Shown: positions 1-7,568 of the stretch, piece after piece
Layout: each line of letters begins with the position of its first letter
How positions within the stretch are numbered: the first letter of the stretch is position 1
Source of the DNA: an uncultured cyanobacterium
GTDB taxonomy: Bacteria; Cyanobacteriota; Cyanobacteriia; PCC-9006; JAAUQQ01
Direction: 5' to 3'
DNA: 64,000 bases
Assembly (NCBI GenBank): GCA_963718615.1
Contig: OY970368.1
Coordinates: 6,031,824-6,095,823 of the forward strand
Notes under the pieces: generated by a model
What the model saw: the letters and a program-made list of their open reading frames with translations, nothing else
Told to the model about the DNA's origin: nothing
The model's database searches: none
Position numbers and translations under genes: made by a program

Positions 1-913
1 GCAGCCGCCCCACAGCCCAGAAGCCAAAACCTTTGATCGGGTTTTCAACGAATACCGCCAACAATCCCTCCCAACCCCATCCCGTAGGGACGAACAGCCG
101 TTCGTCCCACCCCCGCCACAGCCACAGCCTCCACCAATCCCACAGCCCACCCCCTGGCCACCCCCCATCCCCCCGCGCAAAAAAACGCCGGATTCCCAAG
201 CCCAGCCAGACCCAAAAGCCCATGAAAAAGCTCCGGTCGCGGTACGGGCCGAGGCAAAACCTGAGGCAATGTCCAATCTGCATCCATTTCGGCTGGAGCC
301 AAGGGATCTACCCGTTTCCCTGGAGCAGGTGCAAATGAGCTGGCGCATGTTGCGGCGTCCGGTGGCGGAGGGGCCAGCGCGGGAGTTGGATTTGGAGGCG
401 ACCCTTCGACGAATTGGCAGCGAGGGCCTGTTTGGCGATGTGGTCTTGCGTCCGGTGCGGCGACGGCGGGCGGAGCTGTTGCTGCTGGTGGATGAGGCCG
501 GGGCGATGGTGCCATTTCGGCCTGCCTTGGGGCCGCTGCGGCGGGCCATGCAGGAAAGGCGGGTTTCCCCTGGGGTGGAATATCGCTTTACGGCCTATCC
601 CGAGGAGTATGTTTATGACCCGCAAAACCGAGGACAGGCGCTGCCGCTGCGGCAGGTGGTGTCTCGGTTGCACGAAAAGCGGACAGTGGTGATGATCTGG
701 AGTGATGGGGGCGCGGCGACAAGGCGCTATAGCGAGGAACGGGTGCGGCAAACCATCGCGTTTTTGGGTCGGCTGTTGCCCTGTGTGCGCCAGGTGATTT
801 GGCTGAATCCGTTGCCGAGGGAGCGCTGGGCAGAAAGTTCTGCCGCTGCCATTGACCAATATTTAGCCGCCACCCCAACCGGCCAAATGATTCCGTTTTC
901 CGAGTTCAAATGA
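1..913 (+). CDS. vWA-domain protein (CoxE/SAV_2336-like, MoxR-vWA ternary system type), 5'-truncated by window edge
   Basis: Frame 2 is open from base 2 (QPPHSPEAKTFDRVFNEY, Pro-rich linker) into ORF 269..913. Motifs ELDLEATL, LLLLVDEAGAMVPF (degenerate MIDAS), WSDGGAA and WLNPLP. Confidence 0.8.
   Translation, partial: QPPHSPEAKTFDRVFNEYRQQSLPTPSRRDEQPFVPPPPQPQPPPIPQPTPWPPPIPPRKKTPDSQAQPDPKAHEKAPVAVRAEAKPEAMSNLHPFRLEPRDLPVSLEQVQMSWRMLRRPVAEGPARELDLEATLRRIGSEGLFGDVVLRPVRRRRAELLLLVDEAGAMVPFRPALGPLRRAMQERRVSPGVEYRFTAYPEEYVYDPQNRGQALPLRQVVSRLHEKRTVVMIWSDGGAATRRYSEERVRQTIAFLGRLLPCVRQVIWLNPLPRERWAESSAAAIDQYLAATPTGQMIPFSEFK
84..108 (+). repeat. REP-like palindrome, family 2 (GTAG-GGACGAAC-agcc-GTTCGTCCC), read in frame inside the vWA gene
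   Basis: 5' GTAG tetranucleotide followed by a 9-bp stem. The same core recurs at 60244-60315. Confidence 0.65.
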
Positions 914-937
914 CCCATCGAACATAACCCGCCAAAT

Positions 938-2518
938 ATGACCAGCCGGACCAGCCAACAAATCCAAGCCTTTGAACGGCGCTATGGGACAGCGACGCTG
1001 GATTTGGCCTGCCATGGAGCGTTTCCGCTGACGCTGACGACGGAGTTGCTCTATTGTTTGCGGGAGCAGTTTAATTTGGATTGCGACTGGTATGGGGCGG
1101 CGGATGTGTTGCTGTCGGGGTTGTGTCGGTCGGTGGGGCACGACCTGTATGAGATGGATGGCCCTTTGCGCAATGCGCTGTTGTGGCGGCTGGCGCAGCG
1201 GCTGGAGCAGCGGTTTCCGGAGCGTTTGGAAGAGTTAGAAGCATTCATGGTGGCCTATATTCGCCATCGTTTGCAGGTGGAGGAAAATCGGCGGGCGCTG
1301 GTGCTGGGGGATCCGGAGCGGATGCACTGGACGGCGTTGGCCTGTTTGCGGTCTGAGGAAGCGATCGAAGCGATTCGTCAGGATTTGCAGCGGCTGACGG
1401 CGGCGGATGTGAACCCGGAGGAGCGGTTTCGGTTGGCGGCGTTGGTGGAGAGTTATGGGGATTTTTTGGCGGAGCAGGATTATCGACCTGTGCTGCTGGA
1501 CTGGGCAGAGAAGCTGGCGGAGGGGGAGCCGATTGATGGGCGGGCGGCGGCAGTAGCGACGGCGGCAGCAGCGGCAGCGCGGGCGGGGTTTCCGGCGTTG
1601 AAGACGTTGGAGTTTGAGCTGGCGGAGATGGTGTTGGGCGAGGATGGGCCGGATTTGCCGATTGAGCAGTTGGGAAAATTTCGGTTTGAGACAGTGACAG
1701 TGGATCGGCGGGGACGGATCAAGAAGCGGGAGGAGAAGGAGGCGTTTTATTTTGTGGAGCCTTTGGGGGAGGCGGGGCCGTTTTTGGAGATGGTGGCGGT
1801 GCAGGGCGGCAGGTTCATGATGGGATCGCCAAAAGATGAGCCGGGACGGTGGGATTCTGAGGGGCCGCAGCATGAGGTGGTGGTACCGAGTTTTTTTATG
1901 GGGCGGTATCCGGTGACCCAGGCACAGTGGCAGGCGATTGCCCAAACCTCGAAGGTGAAGCACGATCTGGAACTAAACCCATCTCACTTCAAAGGGAAAG
2001 ACCGTCCCGTGGAGCGGGCGTATTGGCAGGATGCGGTGGAATTTTGTGCGCGGCTGAGCCGGGAAACGGGGCGGGAATATCGCTTGCCGAGCGAGGCGGA
2101 GTGGGAATATGCCTGCCGAGCGGGGACGACGACGCCGTTTCATTTTGGGGAGATGATTACCCCTGGGCTGGCGAACTACAACGTTAGCTCTGCCTATAAC
2201 AAGGGGCCAAAGGGTCAATATCGAAAAGAAACGACCCCGGTGGGAAGTTTTCCGGCCAATGGGTTTGGGCTCTGTGACATGCATGGGAATGTCTGGGAAT
2301 GGTGTGCAGATCACTGGCATGAGAACTATGAGGGAGCACCGACAGATGGAAGTGCTTGGCTAGAAAAAGACTCTAAGTTGCATGTACAACGCGGCGGCTT
2401 CTGGAAACGTCGTCCCAAGAGTTGCCGCTCCGCGTCCCGCTACTTCAGCCACTTTCTCGCGCCCCGCCACTTCAGTTTCGGTTTTCGAGTGATGTGTGTT
2501 TTGCCGAGGACTCCCTAG
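938..2518 (+). CDS. FGE-sulfatase (SUMF1/C-type lectin fold) protein with N-terminal helical domain typical of vWA-linked genes; putative DGR target
   Basis: C-terminal motifs [37 protein letters not shown] and RGG..W...GFRVMC. N-terminal LACHGAFPLTLT...LLSGLCRSVGHDLYEM. Confidence 0.9.
   Translation: MTSRTSQQIQAFERRYGTATLDLACHGAFPLTLTTELLYCLREQFNLDCDWYGAADVLLSGLCRSVGHDLYEMDGPLRNALLWRLAQRLEQRFPERLEELEAFMVAYIRHRLQVEENRRALVLGDPERMHWTALACLRSEEAIEAIRQDLQRLTAADVNPEERFRLAALVESYGDFLAEQDYRPVLLDWAEKLAEGEPIDGRAAAVATAAAAAARAGFPALKTLEFELAEMVLGEDGPDLPIEQLGKFRFETVTVDRRGRIKKREEKEAFYFVEPLGEAGPFLEMVAVQGGRFMMGSPKDEPGRWDSEGPQHEVVVPSFFMGRYPVTQAQWQAIAQTSKVKHDLELNPSHFKGKDRPVERAYWQDAVEFCARLSRETGREYRLPSEAEWEYACRAGTTTPFHFGEMITPGLANYNVSSAYNKGPKGQYRKETTPVGSFPANGFGLCDMHGNVWEWCADHWHENYEGAPTDGSAWLEKDSKLHVQRGGFWKRRPKSCRSASRYFSHFLAPRHFSFGFRVMCVLPRTP
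2390..2518 (+). other. Putative DGR variable repeat VR1
   Basis: Aligns to 4991-5116. Differences cluster at codon positions 1-2 of NNC/NNT codons between invariant CGC GGC GGC, TGG, TGC CGC TCC GCG TCC CGC and GGT TTT CGA. Confidence 0.8.
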
Positions 2519-2563
2519 CCCTCTGCTCTTTTGCCCTCTTGCCCTTTGGGCTGTTGGGTTGCT

Positions 2564-2578
2564 TCGCGCGGAGCGCGA
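2564..2578 (+). promoter_or_regulatory. GC stem / GGA triloop hairpin downstream of VR1 (DGR target-recognition hairpin-like)
   Basis: TCGCGC-GGA-GCGCGA, beginning 46 nt after the stop. Counterpart at 5161-5175. Confidence 0.7.
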
Positions 2579-2665
2579 TCAAAATTTTTGGGGGTTTGGG
2601 GTGTTCGGTGGGGGTGATTCCTCTCGGTGGAACGGCAGGTGATCGAAAATGTCGCGGCGGAGACG

Positions 2666-3244
2666 GTAGGTTGGCGTTGAACGAACGTGAAACCCAACAT
2701 GCTCCAACCATGGCTTTGCCCGTTATCCACCAACCATGGCTTTGCCCGTTATCCACCAACCATGGCTTTGCCCGTTATCCACCAACCATGGCTTTGCCCG
2801 TTATCCACCAACCATGGCTTTGCCCGTTATCCACCAACCATGGCTTTGCCCGTTATCCACCAACCATGGCTTTGCCCGTTATCCACCAACCATGGCTTTG
2901 CCCGTTATCCACCAACCATGGCTTTGCCCGTTATCCACCAACCATAGCTTTGCCCGTTATCCACCAACCATGGCTTTGCCCGTTATCCACCAACCATGGC
3001 TTTGCCCGTTATCCACCAACCATGGCTTTGCCCGTTATCCACCAACCATGGCTTTGCCCGTTATCCACCAACCATGGCTTTGCCCGTTATCCACCAACCA
3101 CGGCTTTGCCCGTTATCCACCAACCATGGCTTTGCCCGTTATCCACCAACCATGGCTTTGCCCGTTATCCACCAACCACGGCTTTGCCCGTTATCCACCA
3201 ACCATGGCTTTGCCCGTTGGGTTTCGTGCCTCAACCCAACCTAC
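2666..3244. repeat. REPIN 1 (inverted REP pair, family 1) enclosing a 26-bp tandem array
   Basis: GTAGGTTGGCGTTGAACGAACGTGAAACCCAACA at 2666-2699 and inverted GTTGGGTTTCGTGCCTCAACCCAACCTAC at 3216-3244. Confidence 0.85.
2704..3218. repeat. Tandem repeat, unit CCAACCATGGCTTTGCCCGTTATCCA (26 bp), 19 full copies plus 21 nt
   Basis: Direct reading. Only three variant bases seen (2946, 3101, 3179) and no spacers. Confidence 0.95.
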
Positions 3245-3266
3245 GGGTAATTGTTTTGGCCCAATT

Positions 3267-3411
3267 GTAGGTTGGTGTTGGACGAACGTGAAACCCAACA
3301 GCCTGAGGGAGGGCGATCGCAAAGGATCATGGATGACTCAATCATGATTTTCGTACGGGCGATTTCCCCCTTGCTTAAGCTTGTTGGGTTTCGTGCCTCA
3401 ACCCAACCTAC
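3267..3411. repeat. REPIN 2 (inverted REP pair, family 1)
   Basis: GTAGGTTGGTGTTGGACGAACGTGAAACCCAACA at 3267-3300 and inverted copy at 3382-3411. Confidence 0.85.
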
Positions 3412-3447
3412 GAGGGTTGATGTGTGGGTTAATTCATTATGATTTTC

Positions 3448-3990
3448 CTAGGGACGATCGCCTATGGGTGGCTCGAAATGATGCGCAGGGGCAGCCCAAC
3501 TGTGAGGATAATACCCTTGGTTGACATAGCGATGAAAACTAGAATAAGGCCAATCTTTAGGAGCCTTGACCCATCCATGTTTGACCGGATTGTAATGAAT
3601 GTAGTCTAGGTGATTTGCCAGATCCAATTCATCGCGAATACAATGCTCCCAAAAGCGCCGTTGCCATACATTTCGTTCTTGTTTACTCTGCCGAGACAGG
3701 GAAATCACTTCTGTAGACTCACGGGGATAATGGCGGCTGAAATGGCCTTTAATTAATCTCCAGCGAGTTGAAAAATTAGCATCACCCTCCGGTAACGTCC
3801 AAATGCAATGAAGATGATCAGGCAAAATGACAGCCGCATCAATGATGAAGGGATGCTTGGTGCGCACAGACCTAAAGGACTGACGGAGAATAGCAATATG
3901 CTCTGGATCTTGGAAAAGGGGGCGGCGATCGCTCGTTACCACCGTAAAAAAATAGGTTCCTCCAGAGACTTTGGCGCGACGGTATTGCAT
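3448..3990 (-). mobile_element. rayT: REP-associated tyrosine transposase (RAYT/TnpA-REP, Y1 HUH endonuclease)
   Basis: Motifs GGTYFFT, HUH in PDHLHCIW, WQRRFWEH and catalytic-Tyr region YIHYNPVKHG. Flanked on both sides by GTAG-REP pairs. Confidence 0.92.
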
Positions 3991-4044
3991 AAAGGCGATC
4001 GCAAAGGACTGCTCCTAAAATTCCCATTCAAAACCCCATAACCC

Positions 4045-4274
4045 GTAGGTTGGCGTTGAGCGTAGCGAAACCCAACGGTTTTGGGGGCGATCGCCGGGGT
4101 TGTTGGGTTTCATTATGGGGGTTTTTGGGGAGGGGCGATCGCAAGGGCTGTTGGGTTTCATTATGGGGGTTTTTGGGGAGGGGCGATCGCAAGGGCTGTT
4201 GGGTTTCATTATGGGGGTTTTTGGGGAGGGGCGATCGCAAGGGCTGTTGGGTTTCATTCTTCAACCCAACCTAC
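4045..4274. repeat. REPIN 3 enclosing a 48-bp tandem array (~3.6 copies; starts 4084, 4132, 4180, 4228)
   Basis: REP at 4045-4076 and inverted REP at 4245-4274. Unit GGGGCGATCGCAAGGGCTGTTGGGTTTCATTATGGGGGTTTTTGGGGA contains HIP1 and part of the REP arm. Confidence 0.85.
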
Positions 4275-4312
4275 AATTGAGCTGTTGGTTTTTGTTTTTG
4301 GGGATCATCATC

Positions 4313-5116
4313 ATGGCGGAACTGACGATCAAACGCAGCATCAGAACGGCCCAATATTTCACCGAAGACTTAGGAAACGGGGTTGGACTGGATATGGTGC
4401 TAATTCCCGGTGGAACCTTCCTGATGGGCTCCCCAGAAGACGAGCCAGAACGGTGGGACGATGAAGGTCCGCAGCATGAGGTGACGGTGCCGAGCTTTTT
4501 CATGGGACGCTACCCGGTGACCCAAGCCCAATGGACAGCAATTGCCCAGAAGCGGAAGAGCAACCGCAAACTGGAACTGGATCCATCAGGTTTCAAAGGG
4601 GCAGATCGCCCGGTCGAAAACATTGAGTGGGACGACGCCATGGAGTTTTGCGCTCGATTAAGCCGAGAGACGGGACGGGAATATCGTTTGCCGAGCGAAG
4701 CGGAATGGGAGTACGCCTGCCGAGCGGGGACGACAACACCGTTTCATTTTGGCGAAATGATCACGACCGAGCTAGCTAATTACAACGGTAGTGGCTACAA
4801 CGGTGGCCCCGAAGGAGAATCTCGACAGGAGACAACCCCAGTGGGTAGCTTCCCAGCCAATGGATTTGGGCTCTGTGACATGCATGGGAATGTCTGGGAA
4901 TGGTGTGCAGATAACTGGCATAAAAACTATGAGAGAGCACCGGCGGATGGAAATGCTTGGTTAGACAAAGACTCTGGAATGTATGTACAACGCGGCGGCT
5001 CTTGGTTCTTCGCTCCCAGGATTTGCCGCTCCGCGTCCCGCGACGACTTCAGTCTCGCGCTCCGCAACAACGGTCTCGGTTTTCGAGTGATGTGTGTTTT
5101 GCCGAGGACTCCCTAG
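4313..5116 (+). CDS. Stand-alone FGE-sulfatase/C-type lectin fold protein; putative DGR target
   Basis: Likely start ATG 4313 (MAELTIKRS), since the upstream part of ORF 4100 is repeat-derived. Full FGE motif set, paralogous to the C-terminal half of 938..2518. Confidence 0.88.
   Translation: MAELTIKRSIRTAQYFTEDLGNGVGLDMVLIPGGTFLMGSPEDEPERWDDEGPQHEVTVPSFFMGRYPVTQAQWTAIAQKRKSNRKLELDPSGFKGADRPVENIEWDDAMEFCARLSRETGREYRLPSEAEWEYACRAGTTTPFHFGEMITTELANYNGSGYNGGPEGESRQETTPVGSFPANGFGLCDMHGNVWEWCADNWHKNYERAPADGNAWLDKDSGMYVQRGGSWFFAPRICRSASRDDFSLALRNNGLGFRVMCVLPRTP
4991..5116 (+). other. Putative DGR variable repeat VR2
   Basis: TGG TTC TTC GCT CCC AGG ATT TGC...CGC GAC GAC TTC AGT...CGC AAC AAC GGT CTC GGT TTT CGA shows an NNC/NNT pattern with residual AAC AAC. 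Confidence 0.82.
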
Positions 5117-5160
5117 CCCTCTGCTCTTTTGCCCTCTTGCCCTTTTGGCTGCTGGCTGTT

Positions 5161-5175
5161 TCGCGCGCAGCGCGA
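5161..5175 (+). promoter_or_regulatory. GC stem / GCA triloop hairpin downstream of VR2
   Basis: TCGCGC-GCA-GCGCGA, beginning 45 nt after the stop. Stem identical to 2564-2578 and loop also GNA. Confidence 0.7.
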
Positions 5176-6027
5176 TCAAATTTTCTGCCCCCCCAACACC
5201 CCATACACAATCGTCTTTTCCCGAAACCCCTGCTGCATCAACCGCACCGCAAACGCCCCCCGAACCGTCATCCAACCACTCGTCAACACCCCCAAAATCG
5301 CCTGGGGACTCAGCGCCGACTCCAACACCACATCCCAAAACGGGGCCACCGCCTCCGACCAATCCGCCGTTTGCAAATTTTCCAGGGGTAAGGTCTTGGC
5401 CATACTGGCATAATCCCCCAAGGAAACCACAAAAGGCAGATGATACAACTCATAGATTTCCTGCAACAGCCTCGTCTCCGCCGTTGTCAGCGCCGGTGGG
5501 AGCTCCCGATGACACCAGGTCGCCACGATCAGTTTCCCCCCCGGCCTCAGCACCCGACAACATTCCGCCAAAAACTGCTGCTTATCCGGCATGTGCTCCC
5601 CACTTTCCAGCGACCACACCAGATCAAAACTGGCATCGGCAAACGGCATTTCCAAGGCATTCTCCACCTGAAAATTGACCCGGTGGGCAATCCCCGCCTC
5701 CGCCGCCCTGGCGCGCGCCCGCTGAGCTTGGGTCGGGCTCAGCGTAATGCCTGTGCCATCGGCCCCAAAGCGGCGAGCCAAATAGAGCGTGCTGCCCCCA
5801 ATGCCACAGCCCACATCCAAAATCTCTTGCGCCTCCGTCACCCCCGCCCAACGGAGCAACGCTTCAATTAGGTCAATTTGGGCCTGCCGCCGCTCCTTCG
5901 GCTCCTGGCCATCCGGGCCATAGTAGCCATGGTGCATGTGCTCACCCCAAACCTGCTCCCAGAGCCCCGAAGAGGCATCATAAAACGCTTGGATGCGGCG
6001 GTAGAGTGCAGTCGTCGTTGCGGTCAT
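5176..6027 (-). CDS. Gamma-tocopherol methyltransferase-like SAM methyltransferase
   Basis: FYDASSGLWEQVWGEHMHHGYY, ILDVGCGIGGS and LESGEHMPDK motifs. Confidence 0.85.
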   Translation of the reverse strand: MTATTTALYRRIQAFYDASSGLWEQVWGEHMHHGYYGPDGQEPKERRQAQIDLIEALLRWAGVTEAQEILDVGCGIGGSTLYLARRFGADGTGITLSPTQAQRARARAAEAGIAHRVNFQVENALEMPFADASFDLVWSLESGEHMPDKQQFLAECCRVLRPGGKLIVATWCHRELPPALTTAETRLLQEIYELYHLPFVVSLGDYASMAKTLPLENLQTADWSEAVAPFWDVVLESALSPQAILGVLTSGWMTVRGAFAVRLMQQGFREKTIVYGVLGGQKI

Positions 6028-6124
6028 TGAGAGCCCCTTTAGATTGCCATGTTGTCCAGTATGCGCTACATCTCATCATGGAAGATCTATCCGATGACGC
6101 TTGAAAGCGGGAATTGTGAGCGTT

Positions 6125-6610
6125 ATGGAGTTTCATGGCAAAGTGATTTTGGGGATTGATCCGGCGATCGCCTCCATCGGTTACGCCGCCATTTGCGATG
6201 CCACCGTGATCGACTACGGCGTGATCAAAACCCCCGCCTCAGCCAATCTGTACGATCGCCTCAAACAAATTCATCTGGATATCTGCGAACTCTGTACGAT
6301 CGTCAAACCCGAAATCGTCGCCCTAGAAATGCCCTTCTTTAGCCGCGAAAACACCAACGCCAACAAGGTTTTGCGAGCGCTAGGGGTGATTCAAATGGCC
6401 CTAGGGGATTCTGGATTGCCGGATCCGATTTTTCTGCACCAATCCCAGGTGAAATCCGCCGTGGCTCAGTATGGAGCCGATAAGGGGGAAATTCAACTGG
6501 CGGTGGCATTTTTGTTTAATTTGTCGTCTCCGCCCAGACCGGACGATGCGGCGGATGCTTTGGCGATCGCCTACGCCGCCCAGATCGGAATGCGGGCGAA
6601 TGTGCGATAG
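6125..6610 (+). CDS. ruvC: Holliday junction resolvase RuvC family
   Basis: ILGIDP, ALEMPFF and PDDAADALAIA catalytic motifs. Start 6125 (ATG) or 6101 (TTG). Confidence 0.85.
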   Translation: MEFHGKVILGIDPAIASIGYAAICDATVIDYGVIKTPASANLYDRLKQIHLDICELCTIVKPEIVALEMPFFSRENTNANKVLRALGVIQMALGDSGLPDPIFLHQSQVKSAVAQYGADKGEIQLAVAFLFNLSSPPRPDDAADALAIAYAAQIGMRANVR

Positions 6611-6641
6611 GGAAATCCGGTCATGGGACCCGAGGAGAAGC

Positions 6642-7568
6642 ATGAATCAAGGCTGGACCTACGAAGAACGCATTGACCGAACCGCAGCAGGGCAAACGGT
6701 GCTGGCCTACTATGTTCAGCGCTATCGACATTCTGGGGAGGGGGAATGGCGATCGCGCATCGAGTCCCAGCAGGTTTTTCTAGACGGATTGCCCACGACC
6801 CCAGACCACCCCCTCCAGCGGGGTCAGGTGTTGACCTATCATCGTCCCCCCTGGCAAGAACCCGAGGTGCCGCTGGACTTTGATCAGGTCTATGCAGATG
6901 AGGACCTATGGGTGATCAACAAACCCTCTGGACTTCCCGTTATGCCGGGAGGCGGGTTCTTGGAGAATACCTTGCTAGGACAACTGCAACGACAGTATCC
7001 CACGGATACACCCGTGCCGATTCATCGCTTGGGTCGAGGGACCTCGGGGTTGGTGTTGTTGGGGCGATCGCCCTTGGCAAAATCTGAATTGACGCGGCAA
7101 ATGCGCGATCGCCAAATCCGCAAATTTTATCGAGCCCTCATACCAAGCTACAACGCAGCGGGTGAATTGTTTCCTCCACAGCTGACGATTCAAACTCCCA
7201 TCGGTAAAGTGCCCCATCCGACCTTAGGCGAGATCTTTGCCGCCACCCCAGCGGGTCGCTTTGCCCAGAGCGATTGCCAGGTGCTTCGGCAAGATGCGCA
7301 AACAACTCTGCTTGAAGTTGAAATTTTCACAGGACGCCCCCACCAAATTCGGATTCATCTCGCTGCTGTGGGCTATCCTCTCCTCGGGGATCCGCTCTAC
7401 CAACCGGGCGGACAACCTCGACTCGTGGCGAATGCTCAAGGAAAACTCCCGACACCGGGTGATTGTGGCTATAAACTCCATGCCTTCCGACTCGTATTTC
7501 GCCATCCGCGCTCCCAACAGCCCTTGACCCTCGAATGCTTACCCCCCAGCTTGGAGTTGTTGTCGTAG
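6642..7568 (+). CDS. RluA-family pseudouridine synthase
   Basis: NKPSGLPV, HRLGRGTSG, TGRPHQIRIH and GDPLY motifs. GAGGAG RBS before ATG 6642. Confidence 0.85.
   Translation: MNQGWTYEERIDRTAAGQTVLAYYVQRYRHSGEGEWRSRIESQQVFLDGLPTTPDHPLQRGQVLTYHRPPWQEPEVPLDFDQVYADEDLWVINKPSGLPVMPGGGFLENTLLGQLQRQYPTDTPVPIHRLGRGTSGLVLLGRSPLAKSELTRQMRDRQIRKFYRALIPSYNAAGELFPPQLTIQTPIGKVPHPTLGEIFAATPAGRFAQSDCQVLRQDAQTTLLEVEIFTGRPHQIRIHLAAVGYPLLGDPLYQPGGQPRLVANAQGKLPTPGDCGYKLHAFRLVFRHPRSQQPLTLECLPPSLELLS

Noticed and set aside
2704-3218. Possible CRISPR array
   Set aside because: Units are contiguous with no unique spacers, and there are no cas genes in the window.
2422-3347. Repetitive ORFs (MALPVIHQPWLCPLSTNHGFARYPPT)n
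   Set aside because: By-product of a stop-free 26-bp repeat that is open in all three forward frames; no independent coding evidence.
3448-3990. IS200/IS605 insertion sequence
   Set aside because: No tnpB, and the flanks are multiple GTAG-REP pairs, which fits RAYT better.
4015-4312. ORFs made of 16-aa repeats and the N-terminal extension of ORF 4100
   Set aside because: Derived from the 48-bp array and REP; ATG 4313 is the more plausible start.
2519-4312. DGR template repeat, Avd or reverse transcriptase between the targets
   Set aside because: No AAC-rich VR copy seen on either strand by eye, and no RT (YxDD) ORF in the window.
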